Of a stretch of DNA of 56,918 bases, positions 1-8,717 are shown piece after piece. The position numbers and the translations under genes are program-made. The stretch comes from Candidatus Pelethomonas sp. (GTDB lineage Bacteria > Bacillota > Clostridia > Oscillospirales > Oscillospiraceae): NCBI GenBank assembly GCA_045615065.1, contig JAZLEB010000043.1, positions 1 to 56,918 of the forward strand, read 5' to 3'. The notes below the pieces were generated by a model that did no database searches, was not told the DNA's origin, and saw only the letters and a list, made by a program, of their open reading frames with translations. Position 1 is the stretch's first letter. Every line of letters begins with the position of its first letter.

Positions 1-1181
1 CCGTTCAGACCAACGATGGCCAGCTTCTCGCCGGGGCGAATGGTCAAATTCAGATTTTCAAAGAGGTTCTTTTCGGTTTCGGGATAGCGGAAGGTCACAT
101 TCTCCAGCGTCAGCTCATAGCTGTCGGAAACAGGGATGGGACGACCACCCTCGAAGCGGAACAGCTCGGGATACTCGATATACTCCAGCACAGTGCTGAT
201 CCCCTGACATTCCTTATGAAGCTGTGTCATCTGGGACAGGATACCCGTCACCCAGCTGGTAAAACCGCTGATAGCGGCGAAGTAGAGCAGAAAATCCGAA
301 GCAGGCAGACCGTTGCGCAGGGTATAGGAGATCAGGTAGAGATAGGCGATGCCGTTCCTGAGGAAGCTCAGCACCAGATCCAGAAGATCTGCCCATAGGT
401 AGATCTTCTCCCGCTTGGCAACAAAATCGTCATACAGCCGTGCCGTACCGTCATAAAGCTCATCCATCCAGTTTTTCAGTCCGAAGATGCGGATATCCTT
501 GGCGAAAGCAAGATCCTCCGCTTCGCTGGCGACATACCAGATTTTATTGCGGTAGCCGTTGTTCTCCTCGCGATGACGCCATCCCCAACTGCGGATATGC
601 TTGCCCACAAAGAAACCCAGCACCGTGGTTGCCACAACAATGGCAGCGAGAATTAGATTCAGCTCGGAGAGCAGTACCAGATAGATGATGAAACCCAGCA
701 TATTGGTCAGAAGATCCGTCAGCGTCGTCCAGACATGCTCAGTGGCCTCGCTGTTTCCACCGATAGCAGCGTTTGCTCCATGCAGCAGCTTTTGAACCTC
801 GGGATTCTGCTGATTGGGGTAGGATGTTTTGCAGGACTTGTGGACAATGTTTTTTATGATTTTGGTGCGAACAAAGGTGCGGCTGACCATGGTGTTATTG
901 TTGATGTAGCTGCGTGCAGTCATCAACAGGAAGATCGCCGCCGAGAATACCGCGATCGTTCCCAGAAGCTCACCCATGGATGCCTGCTGTTCCACTCGCT
1001 CCAGAATTTCAGGGGCTACATAGAGCTGCACCAGATTCAGCGCCACCGACACAACTGCGAGAAGGACAGAAACGCCGATCACGCTTTTCATGTGCTTCCA
1101 TGCAAGAGAGAGCATATACCTGATGCATCTCGCCATGGAATATTTTGCTTTTTTCTTTTGTTCTTCTTTCTTGGATTCCAT
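1..1181 (-). CDS. ABC exporter, fused permease/ATP-binding protein (type I exporter, MsbA-like); the 3' end runs off the left edge
   Basis: Absent from the ORF track because it has no stop in the window. My reverse-strand translation from ATG 1181-1179 (AGGTG RBS 8 nt upstream) gives MESKKEEQKKKAKYSMARCIRYMLSLAWKH..., then several hydrophobic segments. At the window edge it reads ...LTLENVTFRYPETEKNLFENLNLTIRPGEKLAIVGLNG, the start of a Walker A loop. Confidence 0.8.
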   Translation of the reverse strand, partial: MESKKEEQKKKAKYSMARCIRYMLSLAWKHMKSVIGVSVLLAVVSVALNLVQLYVAPEILERVEQQASMGELLGTIAVFSAAIFLLMTARSYINNNTMVSRTFVRTKIIKNIVHKSCKTSYPNQQNPEVQKLLHGANAAIGGNSEATEHVWTTLTDLLTNMLGFIIYLVLLSELNLILAAIVVATTVLGFFVGKHIRSWGWRHREENNGYRNKIWYVASEAEDLAFAKDIRIFGLKNWMDELYDGTARLYDDFVAKREKIYLWADLLDLVLSFLRNGIAYLYLISYTLRNGLPASDFLLYFAAISGFTSWVTGILSQMTQLHKECQGISTVLEYIEYPELFRFEGGRPIPVSDSYELTLENVTFRYPETEKNLFENLNLTIRPGEKLAIVGLN

Positions 1182-1221
1182 TGTTGTTTCACCTCGTGTT
1201 TGATGTGACCTTACCATAGCA

Positions 1222-1257
1222 CAAAAATTCGTCCCCGTGTCATTTCGGGGACGAATC
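1222..1257 (-). terminator. Rho-independent terminator-like hairpin
   Basis: An 11-bp perfect stem (attcgtccccg at 1227-1237, cggggacgaat at 1247-1257). On the minus strand it is followed by a T-run (A-run 1223-1227 on plus). It lies downstream of the kinase operon and only ~40 nt upstream of the ABC exporter start. Confidence 0.5.
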
Positions 1258-1289
1258 GTTAAAATTGGGTGACGAATTGCAGCGGCGAG

Positions 1290-1462
1290 CCGCCGCGGGC
1301 ACTTTTTTGCCCTCTTTGGCGGCAATTTCAAAGCCTCCCTCTGACGAGGGAGGTGGATTTTGCGAAGCAAAAGACGAAGGGAGAGATACACCGGAAGTTC
1401 TTTCTTTATCAGGCTCTCCCTCAGTCAGCCTGTCGGCTGACAGCTCCCTCGTCAGAGGGGGC
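1290..1462. repeat. REP/MITE-like intergenic block of short GC-rich hairpins
   Basis: cctccctc-tgac-gagggagg hairpin at 1334-1353. A near-identical copy in inverse orientation (ctccctcgtcagaggggg) lies at about 1444-1461. Two more small hairpins are ttttgc-gaa-gcaaaa and gtcagcc-tgtc-ggctgac. The two overlapping plus-strand ORFs here (1265.., 1269..) look like translation artefacts of this block. Confidence 0.4.
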
Positions 1463-1465
1463 CTT

Positions 1466-2128
1466 TTATACCTGCGGAATCAAGATTTCCGTAGTAAACG
1501 CACCGTCCTCGCTGTTGCGGCTGAGGTAGCCATCCAGTCGCTCCACGATAGCGTCAATACGCACCAGACCAAAGCCATGCCCATCGCCCTTGGATGTGGC
1601 AAAGAGCTTGCCAACCTTCTGGAGCTTGCCTGCGGCGGTGAAGTTGGTGAAGGAGATGTAGAGCTGGGTGTTTTTCATATCCATATAGACACGGATAAGC
1701 CGCTGATCCAGAGGAAGCTTCTGACTGGCTTCGATGGCGTTATCAAAAAGATTGCCGATAATACAGCACAGGTCGATCTCCGAGGTCTTGAGCTGCACAG
1801 GAATGTGGGCATCGCAATGAACGGTGATGCCGCGGGACTGGGCAAGGGATATCTTGCTGTTGAGAATCGCGTCCGCCATGGCGTTGCCGGTCTTGACCAC
1901 GGTATCCACGGTGTTGAGATCGGTGTCCAGCTCATCCAAATAGGCCTTGACGCCGTCCATATCTCCGTTTGCCGCCAGCACTTTCATGAGCTGGATGTGG
2001 TTGCGGTAGTCATGCCGCCAGCCACGGATCTGGCGGTACATATTCTCAACTTCTTTATAATGTGTCTCGATCAGCTCCCGCTGGTAGGCAGCGATGCGCT
2101 TGTCGATTTGTTTTGAAAACAAGGACAT
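1466..2128 (-). CDS. Cytoplasmic GHKL histidine kinase (AgrC/LytS-type HPK10 catalytic core, no transmembrane sensor)
   Basis: Start trimmed to MSLFSKQIDK (ATG 2128), 3 nt after the upstream gene's stop. H-box is GWRHDYRNHIQ, N-box is IIGNLFDNAIEA and G-box is SKGDGHGFGLVRI. No hydrophobic helices occur in the 220 aa. Confidence 0.8.
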   Translation of the reverse strand: MSLFSKQIDKRIAAYQRELIETHYKEVENMYRQIRGWRHDYRNHIQLMKVLAANGDMDGVKAYLDELDTDLNTVDTVVKTGNAMADAILNSKISLAQSRGITVHCDAHIPVQLKTSEIDLCCIIGNLFDNAIEASQKLPLDQRLIRVYMDMKNTQLYISFTNFTAAGKLQKVGKLFATSKGDGHGFGLVRIDAIVERLDGYLSRNSEDGAFTTEILIPQV

Positions 2129-2130
2129 AT

Positions 2131-2574
2131 CTATTCTCCCAAAGTTTTTAGAATACCGGCCATCAATTCCTGCGTCATGCATCTGCTGCCGGGGATATGG
2201 ATAAAGATCGCTTTGCCATCTGTCTTTTGCAGCATTCTGAAATAGGCATCGTTGCACAGGTATTGTGTCGGGGTATCTGAAATGTCGCATGGGATTCCGT
2301 TTTCACGAAACCCTCTTGCCAGTTGGTCGGCATAAAGCTTTGTTTCCAGTAGTTCTCCGTCTATCCGGGCGCACCGCTCGACCCGCAGGGACGTGGAAAG
2401 CGATTTATTGATGCCAAACATGATAACTGCGTCATATTCGTTTTCCAGTGCGTCAATATCGCGAGTCAAACCCGCAAAAGAATTGGTCAAATACAAATGC
2501 TCTCCGGGGAACGATGATACCAGTTGATAAGACGTGTTGTGCGCTCCCTTGAAACCGACATATAGAATCTTCAT
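2131..2574 (-). CDS. Peptidase C15 (pyroglutamyl-peptidase I)-like protein
   Basis: Start trimmed to MKILYVGFKG (ATG 2574), 5 nt after the LytTR gene's stop. Candidate Glu-Cys-His triad motifs are LRVERCARI, TQYLCNDAYF and AIFIHIPG, in the order and spacing expected for C15. Confidence 0.6.
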   Translation of the reverse strand: MKILYVGFKGAHNTSYQLVSSFPGEHLYLTNSFAGLTRDIDALENEYDAVIMFGINKSLSTSLRVERCARIDGELLETKLYADQLARGFRENGIPCDISDTPTQYLCNDAYFRMLQKTDGKAIFIHIPGSRCMTQELMAGILKTLGE

Positions 2575-2578
2575 AGGC

Positions 2579-3277
2579 TTATGTACGCTCAATAATCGCC
2601 CGGTTGAGGGGTTCGTACGCACCTCTGGGCAGGGGCAGCACCGTGCCGTCCGAGAGGTGGACTTCCGTTTTAGTCACACGCTGAACATACTTGAGGTTCA
2701 GGATCATCGCCCGTCCCACGCGGCAGAAGCGTTCGTCCAGTTCTTTTTCAAAATCGCCCAGCGTACGCTTGACAGTGTACTCCCGTTTGGCGTGAATGGT
2801 AACATAGTTCTGCCGCACATCCAGATAGCGGATCTCATAGAACGGCAGGCGCACCATCTCGCCGGACAGCTCCAGATTCAAGCACCGCTCATTCTGCTTG
2901 TGCTTCTCCAGCGCGCGGTCAAGGACAGCGCACAGCTTGTCCTCCTTGACAGGCTTCATCAGATAGTGGAGCGCGGCGACTTCGTAGCCCTCGGCGATGT
3001 AGTCGGAGTATCCGGTGATGAATACGATCTGCACCGTTTCGTTGCTGCGGCGCACCTCTTTTGCCATGGACACGCCATCCATCTCGCCCATTTCGATGTC
3101 AAGGAGCAGAATGTCCCACGTCTTGTCCTCTTCATAGCGAAACAGGAAACTCTCCGCCGACGGAAAATGCTCCACGCGAAGCTCCGCTCCGCGCTCAGCT
3201 GCCCAACGGTCTAAAATACTTTGTACAAACTGTGCGTCCTGCGGACTGTCGTCGCAGATTGCAATTGTATATTTCAT
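2579..3277 (-). CDS. LytTR-family response regulator (REC + LytTR DNA-binding domain)
   Basis: MKYTIAICDDSPQD...ILLLDIEMGEMDG...FITGY is the receiver domain. The C-terminal part, ...RLPFYEIRYLDVRQNYVTIHAKREYTVKRTLGDFEKEL...FCRVGRAMILNL, is a LytTR domain. Start trimmed to the ATG preceded by GGGCGGTGAG. Confidence 0.9.
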   Translation of the reverse strand: MKYTIAICDDSPQDAQFVQSILDRWAAERGAELRVEHFPSAESFLFRYEEDKTWDILLLDIEMGEMDGVSMAKEVRRSNETVQIVFITGYSDYIAEGYEVAALHYLMKPVKEDKLCAVLDRALEKHKQNERCLNLELSGEMVRLPFYEIRYLDVRQNYVTIHAKREYTVKRTLGDFEKELDERFCRVGRAMILNLKYVQRVTKTEVHLSDGTVLPLPRGAYEPLNRAIIERT

Positions 3278-3543
3278 GCGCTCACCGCCCTTCAATTGCA
3301 ACATATTATATCCTCAATTCGTTGTGAACGCAAGAACCAGATAAAAGCTAGACAGCGCAAATGCACTGTCTGCCTGATTCAGAGGACACCGCTCGAAGAT
3401 ACCCCATCAGGTGTATTCGAAGGCACTCTGCTTTTTGTTACTTTTGTAATTAACTTTTCCGTATTATGACAATTTTATCGCATATATTATTTTTGTTTTC
3501 TCTTGCTTTTTATCACAGTTATGTTACAAATGTGTTGCAAAGG

Positions 3544-3572
3544 TTGACATTGCGAGGCAAATTCTGTATAAT
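3544..3572 (+). promoter_or_regulatory. Consensus sigma-A-type promoter (TTGACA, 17 nt, TATAAT)
   Basis: TTGACA at 3544-3549, exactly 17 nt of spacer, TATAAT at 3567-3572. It lies about 145 nt upstream of the 3717 start codon. Confidence 0.6.
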
Positions 3573-3716
3573 ACGCACTGTTCGTAAAAAAGTAACAAAA
3601 GTTACAAATCCATTGCATACCATGTTTAGGAAAGGTGATTTTGGAAATCCTTTCCGCAGACTGGCGGCATCACCACTCCCTTCGCCGCCGAACAAACCAA
3701 AGGAGGTTCCCCTGCT

Positions 3717-4745
3717 ATGCTCAGATGGATCAAAGCTGCTGTAGTAAGCAACAGACATCCGCTCTTCATCGCTGCGGTTTGCGTCCTGTGTCTTGCTGCC
3801 ACCGCTCTCTTCCCCGCTTCTGTAAAGCTGGAAGCAAGTGCCATGTATCTCATTACCAATGACACTTATGTATCTGTGGATCACCCCGATGTGGATGTGT
3901 TTCTCACAGATGCCAATGCCGAACTCATCTCCCACAAGGATGGCAAGGATCTTCTGCTGAATGCAGGTCTTAACATCTCCATCCTGTATAACGGCGAGAC
4001 GATCACTACTGTTTCCAGCGTGGAATCTGTCCGCGAGCTTCTGCAGCGTATGCGGATCTACCCCAGTCCTCTGGAAATGGTTGCTCTTTCTTTTGTGGAC
4101 AATACGCTGACCATTGAGATCGCATCTGAATTTGTGTTCTTTGAGCACATCAGCACTCCGATCGTTCCCGAGGTCATCTATAACTATATCGATGACAAGC
4201 CCGACTGGTACGAGGAAGTGATCCAGCCCGGCAGTGAGGGTGTGTATACCGAAACCTACGAGATCATTTTCCAGGACGGTGTAGAGACCGGACGTCAGCT
4301 CATCGAAGTCACTGATATCGCGCCCGTGCCTACGATCATTGCCAAGGGCACACTCGAAAACTTCGCCAATAACGATGATGTAGTCACTGACATTATCACC
4401 AACGAGGATGGCAGCGGTGTTTTGGTTCTTGAAAACGGCAGAACCGTTACCTTCCGCGAGGCACGCACCATGAAGGGTACCGCATACAACTGCAACGAAC
4501 CCGGACTTGGAACCATTACCTACTCCGGTACTACTGTTCATTGGGGTGTCGTGGCCGTTGATAAGAAGGTTATCCCCCTTGGTACCAAGATGTATATCGT
4601 GTCCAACGACGGTTATCTGGTGTACGGCTTCGCTATCGCAGAGGACACCGGTGTGCGCGGCGAGCATGTTGACCTTTATATGGATTCCTGGGACGATATG
4701 ATCAACTTTGGTATCCGAAACTGCACTGTCTATATCCTCGATTGA
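3717..4745 (+). CDS. Secreted/membrane-anchored cell-wall protein with DUF348-like, G5 and C-terminal 3D domains (YabE/RpfB-like)
   Basis: N-terminal hydrophobic anchor is LFIAAVCVLCLAATALF. G5-like segment is WYEEVIQPGSEGVYTETYEIIFQDGVETGRQLIEVTDIAPVPTIIAKGT. 3D-domain segment is TMKGTAYNCNEPGLGTITYSGTTVHWGVVAVDKKVIPLGTKMYI...AEDTGVRGEHVDLYMDS. Confidence 0.8.
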   Translation: MLRWIKAAVVSNRHPLFIAAVCVLCLAATALFPASVKLEASAMYLITNDTYVSVDHPDVDVFLTDANAELISHKDGKDLLLNAGLNISILYNGETITTVSSVESVRELLQRMRIYPSPLEMVALSFVDNTLTIEIASEFVFFEHISTPIVPEVIYNYIDDKPDWYEEVIQPGSEGVYTETYEIIFQDGVETGRQLIEVTDIAPVPTIIAKGTLENFANNDDVVTDIITNEDGSGVLVLENGRTVTFREARTMKGTAYNCNEPGLGTITYSGTTVHWGVVAVDKKVIPLGTKMYIVSNDGYLVYGFAIAEDTGVRGEHVDLYMDSWDDMINFGIRNCTVYILD

Positions 4746-4757
4746 TGTATATCAAAA

Positions 4758-4789
4758 AGCTCTTTGGGCAATGCCCAAAGAGCTTTTTA
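4758..4789 (+). terminator. Rho-independent terminator
   Basis: 12-bp stem (agctctttgggc / gcccaaagagct), 3-nt loop, then TTTTT at 4785-4789, just after the 3717..4745 stop. Confidence 0.75.
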
Positions 4790-4795
4790 TGATGC

Positions 4796-4834
4796 AAAAA
4801 CCGGAGCGTACCTTACGGTACGCTCCGGTTTTTT
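4796..4834 (-). terminator. Rho-independent terminator (bidirectional shape) for the convergent minus-strand operon
   Basis: 12-bp stem (ccggagcgtacc / ggtacgctccgg) flanked by an A-run at 4796-4800 and a T-run at 4829-4834. It sits directly downstream of the 4841 stop on the minus strand. Confidence 0.75.
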
Positions 4835-4840
4835 AATGAA

Positions 4841-7336
4841 TTACTTCTTGGTGACAGCATCCAGGGTGCAGCCGGAATCAAACTCAACGGTACCGTTGTA
4901 GTTCTTAATGATACCGGTAACGGTGATGATATCACCGACCTTCAGCATATCAGCACCGTCGCCCTTCAGGCGGTAGCACATGATAGGCATGCTCTCATAA
5001 CCCTCGACCACGATAGTAACAGTGATGTTGCCATACTGATCGCTATAGGGAGTATCGATGTAAGTGATCTTGCCGGTCAGAGTGCAGGGCTCGGTCATGG
5101 AGGTGTTGTACTCCAGAGCATAAGCAGCCTTCAGAACAGCCTCAACATTGGTCATGTCGATCTTGTTGGGATCACCTTCACCCTTAACAACAGCATCCAG
5201 AGTGCAGCCCTGTGCGAACTGGATATTACCATTGTAGTTGGTCAGAGTACCGGTAACGGTAATGGTATCACCAATAGTGATATCCTTTGCGCCGTTGCCT
5301 GCCAGGCGGTAGCACTTGATGGGCTTATCCTTCAGGTCACCGATCTGAATGGTAACAGTGATGTTCTGATAACCCTCGTTCCAAGCAGTATTGACAGAAA
5401 CGATGATACCGGTCAGAGTGCAGGGAGAGCTCATGGACTCGTCCTTCTGCAGCTTATAAGCAGCCTCAACGATCTTCTTCATCTCGTCGTTGTTGCCGGG
5501 CTCAACTGCGGGCTCGTCAGCGGGCTTCTCAGCCTTCTCAACCTTGTCCAGAGTGCAGCCGGAATTGAACTCGATGGTACCTGCATAGTTCATCAGGGTA
5601 CCGGTAACGGTGATGGTATCACCAACTGCCAGAGTCTCAGCGCCGTCACCCTTCACACGGAAGACAACGATGGGCTTGTCAGTCATTTCTGCGACCACGA
5701 TGGTAACAGTAATGTTCTTGTACTGCTCGCTGTAGGGGGTGTCGATCTTGGTGATCACACCGGTCAGGGTAGCGCTCTTGGTGATGGTCTCGCCATCCTT
5801 CAGGGTATAAGCAGCGTTGACAACTGCAACGGGATTGCTCATATCCAGGTTAGCAAAGGGATCCTGAGTGGGCTCATCCTTAGGCTCATCAGTGGGCTCG
5901 TCCTTGGGCTCGTCCTTAGGCTCGTCCTTAGGCTCATCGGTAGGCTCCTGAGTGGTACCGCCCTCGCCCTTCTGAACAGCATCCAGCTTGCAGCCGGAAC
6001 CAAACTCAACAACGCCGCCATAGTTCATCAGGGTACCGGTAACGGTGATGGTATCACCAACTGCCAGAGTGTTGGCACCCTCGCCCTTCAGGCGGAAGAC
6101 AACGATGGGCATATCGTCCATGCCGTCCACAACGATGGTAACGGTGATGTTGCCATAAGCCTCATCCCAGGGAGTATCGATCTTGGTGATGACACCGGTC
6201 AGGGTTGCAGCCTTGGAGATAGAAGTGCCTGCCTCCAGAGCATAAGCAGCGTTGACAACTGCAGCAGCATCGGTCATATCCAGGTTAGCATGGGGATCTG
6301 CGCCGGGATCAGCCTTGGTAACAGCATCCAGATTGCAGCCTGCATCAAACTCGATGGTGCCGTTGTAGTTCTTGATGATACCGGTAACGGTGATGATATC
6401 ACCGATGCCCAGCTCCTTGGCGCCCTCACCCTTCAGGCGATAGCACATGATGGGACGCTCATTGTCACCATCGCAGATGATGGTAACGGTGATGTTCTGA
6501 TAGTCCTCGCTCCAAACGGTGTTGATCTGAGAGATCACACCGGTCAGAGTGCAGGGATCGGTCATAGCAATGCCCTGCTCCAGAGAATAAGCGGCATCCA
6601 GGATAGCGGACTGATCCTTGACCTCGCCCATACCCACGAGGACGCAGCCTGCGTCGAACTCGATGGTGCCGTTGTAGTTCTTCAGAGTACCCTCAACGGT
6701 GATCTGATCGCCAACAGCCAGATCCTTGGCGCCCTCACCCTTCAGGCGATAGCACATGATCAGCTTGTCAGCCATGTCGCCGATCTGAATGGTAACAGTG
6801 ATGTTCTGATAGTCCTCGCTCCAAGCGGTGTCGATCTTGGTGATGGTACCGAACAGACGATAGGTACCCTCCATTGCAAGGCCGGCCTCCAGCTGGTAAG
6901 CAGCGTTCACGATCTCCTCATAGCTCATACCGCCATCAAGAATGATAGCAGCGGGAACTCTGTGAGTAAAGGAAACAGACTCGGTAGCACCGGTCTCGTC
7001 GGACACAGTAGCAGTCAGCGTGTAAGTAACTTCCTCGGGATTCTTCTCATCAACGTCAATGGTGACCATCTTGTCATCACCGACAACAATGTTGACGGTC
7101 TCGGAATCAGCGGTCCAGGTAACGGTGTAGCTGACACCGTTGATCATAACGACACCAACACGGGTGAAGTCGGAGGGAGTGACCTCGTTGGCATCCTTAT
7201 ACATAGCCTGCAGGTAATTTCTTGCGTTGGTCAGGCCGTTGACTTCGCCGCCATCGTTGGAGTCGGTGGAAGAGCAGGCGGTAAAGGCAGTCAGGCTCAT
7301 TGCCAGTGCAAGCAGGCAAACAAGAAACTTTTTCAT
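4841..7336 (-). CDS. Large lipoprotein built from six tandem ~105-120-aa OB-fold-like repeats plus a D/E/P/K-rich linker
   Basis: Lipobox signal peptide is MKKFLVCLLALAMSLTAFTAC. Six repeats share AAYxLE...TLTGxIxxIDTxWSExYxNITVTI....PIxCYRLKGEGAxxLxVGDxITVTGxxKNYNGTIEFxxGCxLD. The central linker is QEPTDEPKDEPKDEPKDEPTDEPKDEPTQDP. Confidence 0.8.
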   Translation of the reverse strand: MKKFLVCLLALAMSLTAFTACSSTDSNDGGEVNGLTNARNYLQAMYKDANEVTPSDFTRVGVVMINGVSYTVTWTADSETVNIVVGDDKMVTIDVDEKNPEEVTYTLTATVSDETGATESVSFTHRVPAAIILDGGMSYEEIVNAAYQLEAGLAMEGTYRLFGTITKIDTAWSEDYQNITVTIQIGDMADKLIMCYRLKGEGAKDLAVGDQITVEGTLKNYNGTIEFDAGCVLVGMGEVKDQSAILDAAYSLEQGIAMTDPCTLTGVISQINTVWSEDYQNITVTIICDGDNERPIMCYRLKGEGAKELGIGDIITVTGIIKNYNGTIEFDAGCNLDAVTKADPGADPHANLDMTDAAAVVNAAYALEAGTSISKAATLTGVITKIDTPWDEAYGNITVTIVVDGMDDMPIVVFRLKGEGANTLAVGDTITVTGTLMNYGGVVEFGSGCKLDAVQKGEGGTTQEPTDEPKDEPKDEPKDEPTDEPKDEPTQDPFANLDMSNPVAVVNAAYTLKDGETITKSATLTGVITKIDTPYSEQYKNITVTIVVAEMTDKPIVVFRVKGDGAETLAVGDTITVTGTLMNYAGTIEFNSGCTLDKVEKAEKPADEPAVEPGNNDEMKKIVEAAYKLQKDESMSSPCTLTGIIVSVNTAWNEGYQNITVTIQIGDLKDKPIKCYRLAGNGAKDITIGDTITVTGTLTNYNGNIQFAQGCTLDAVVKGEGDPNKIDMTNVEAVLKAAYALEYNTSMTEPCTLTGKITYIDTPYSDQYGNITVTIVVEGYESMPIMCYRLKGDGADMLKVGDIITVTGIIKNYNGTVEFDSGCTLDAVTKK
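4844..6928 (-). repeat. Six imperfect tandem coding repeats (about 310-350 bp each) inside the lipoprotein gene
   Basis: Repeat boundaries read from the translated protein (aa ~137-831). The 12-nt periodic ggctcgtcctta-type tract at ~5866-5955 encodes the (D/E)PK linker. Confidence 0.7.
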
Positions 7337-7359
7337 TGTTGACTCCTTATTTCATTCAA

Positions 7360-8700
7360 TTAGTCGTGGACAGTAATGCCCGATGCGGAGAACACCTTGA
7401 TCTGATAGTTGCCGTTGAAGAAGTCCACGATGCCTTTGACATCGATGGTCTTTCCCATATAGGCATCTGCAGTGATGATCTCGCCGTTTTCGTCACGCAG
7501 AACTGCGGTACGAACGGAGACCGTGACACCGTTCACCGTGCAGGTAAGAGTCATAGCACCGTTGTTGGAGCTGTCCTCATTGGTGGTGGTGTACACATTA
7601 GTAACGGTCAGGCCCTGCATCTCCACAGAAGTGTTCATAGCAAGCTGTGCATAAGGGAAGGTCTTCTCTTCCTCTTCTCCGCTGATAGTGACGCTGCCGT
7701 TCACAAAAGTGTCGGCATCGGTCAGACGGAAAGCAGGCAGGTTGCCATCGCTCAGCTTCTGCAGGTTGTTGGGGTCATCGGGCTTCATAGCGCGGTAGGA
7801 AACATCGGAGATCTGATAGGTGCCGCCTGCTTCGTAGTACTGAACAGAACCAACGATGCGGACTTCATTGCCTACCGTGAGGATCTCCATGCCTTCACCG
7901 GATAGAACGAAACCGTAGTACACACTGATACCGTAATACATATCCGTCTCTGCGTCATATGCTTCCACATAGGCGGTATTGTTGGAATTCAGGGTAACTA
8001 CACCGTTAAAGGCCACTTTCATGCCGTTGTATTCCTCAATGTTGGTTCTCAGCTCAACAAGAGTCAGCTCAACGGCGTCGCCATAGAAATAATCGGGATC
8101 CTTCTGACCGGAATAAAGATTCAGCTTCTCGGTCTTGGACTGGTTCAGCGCTGCCATGCAGGTCTCACCGTAACGGTTGTTGGCGGTGGAACTTGCGATA
8201 GCCAGACCGTTCTGCAGGATCTCGAGGTTCAGGTTGCGGTACTCCTCGGAGTCCGCGGTCTTATACCACACCCACACCAGGTAGCGGTCGCCGGTGGAAT
8301 CGGGATTCCACAGGGAATCATCCGACTCGATGATGATGGAAGTTGCCTGAGACAGCTTCTCGCGGGTAAAGTTGGAGGCCTTCTTACCGTACTCCTCGAT
8401 CTTTCCCGTGGACTCGGGGGTGTTGACAGCAAGGAATCTTGCCTTCAACACACCCGAGTTATTCACAGAGGAAGGAACAAAGAAGTGGACAGTGTCACCG
8501 TCAATAAAAGCCTTGACGGTAACCTCCTGCTTCACGGTATCCGAGTTCATATCCAGCTTCAGAGAAGCCACATAGTCCACGGATTCGGTCTGCACATCAG
8601 CATTCGGGTCGGTATCATCGCCGCCGTTGCAGCCGCAAAGAAAAGCCGCTGCCAGGCACAGGATGAGGCCAAGAGAAAGAATGCGTTTAAATGCGTTCAT
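7360..8700 (-). CDS. Secreted lipoprotein: staphylococcal-nuclease (SNase/thermonuclease) domain followed by OB-like domains
   Basis: Start trimmed to MNAFKRILSLGLILCLAAAFLCGC (lipobox), because the longer GTG ORF overlaps the upstream gene. It aligns by eye to S. aureus nuclease A: IDGDTV, ARFLAVNTPE (versus FRLLLVDTPE), EEYGKKASNFTREKL (versus EKYGPEASAFTKKMV), GDRYLVWVWY, LEILQNGLA, KTEKLNLYS. Confidence 0.8.
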   Translation of the reverse strand: MNAFKRILSLGLILCLAAAFLCGCNGGDDTDPNADVQTESVDYVASLKLDMNSDTVKQEVTVKAFIDGDTVHFFVPSSVNNSGVLKARFLAVNTPESTGKIEEYGKKASNFTREKLSQATSIIIESDDSLWNPDSTGDRYLVWVWYKTADSEEYRNLNLEILQNGLAIASSTANNRYGETCMAALNQSKTEKLNLYSGQKDPDYFYGDAVELTLVELRTNIEEYNGMKVAFNGVVTLNSNNTAYVEAYDAETDMYYGISVYYGFVLSGEGMEILTVGNEVRIVGSVQYYEAGGTYQISDVSYRAMKPDDPNNLQKLSDGNLPAFRLTDADTFVNGSVTISGEEEEKTFPYAQLAMNTSVEMQGLTVTNVYTTTNEDSSNNGAMTLTCTVNGVTVSVRTAVLRDENGEIITADAYMGKTIDVKGIVDFFNGNYQIKVFSASGITVHD

Positions 8701-8717
8701 AGACAGTAATGCTGAAA

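Noticed and set aside
1334-1353. A hammerhead-ribozyme core, because the hairpin contains CTGACGAG (CUGANGA-like).
   Set aside because: There is no properly placed GAAA, stem III or cleavage-site arrangement. The CUGACGAG is simply the loop and stem of a palindromic repeat that also occurs in inverse orientation.
3573-3716. A c-di-AMP (ydaO/kimA-class) riboswitch upstream of the 3D-domain gene.
   Set aside because: The genomic context fits, but I could not find the conserved ydaO core elements (the paired ACGGGGA/CCCGA-type pseudo-symmetric motifs). It is kept only as an unclassified structured leader.
5866-5955. The 12-nt periodic tract (ggctcgtcctta-type) as a minisatellite or phase-variation locus.
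   Set aside because: It is in frame and encodes a (D/E)PK-rich interdomain linker of the repeat lipoprotein. The copies are imperfect, so slippage-driven switching is not supported by the sequence alone.
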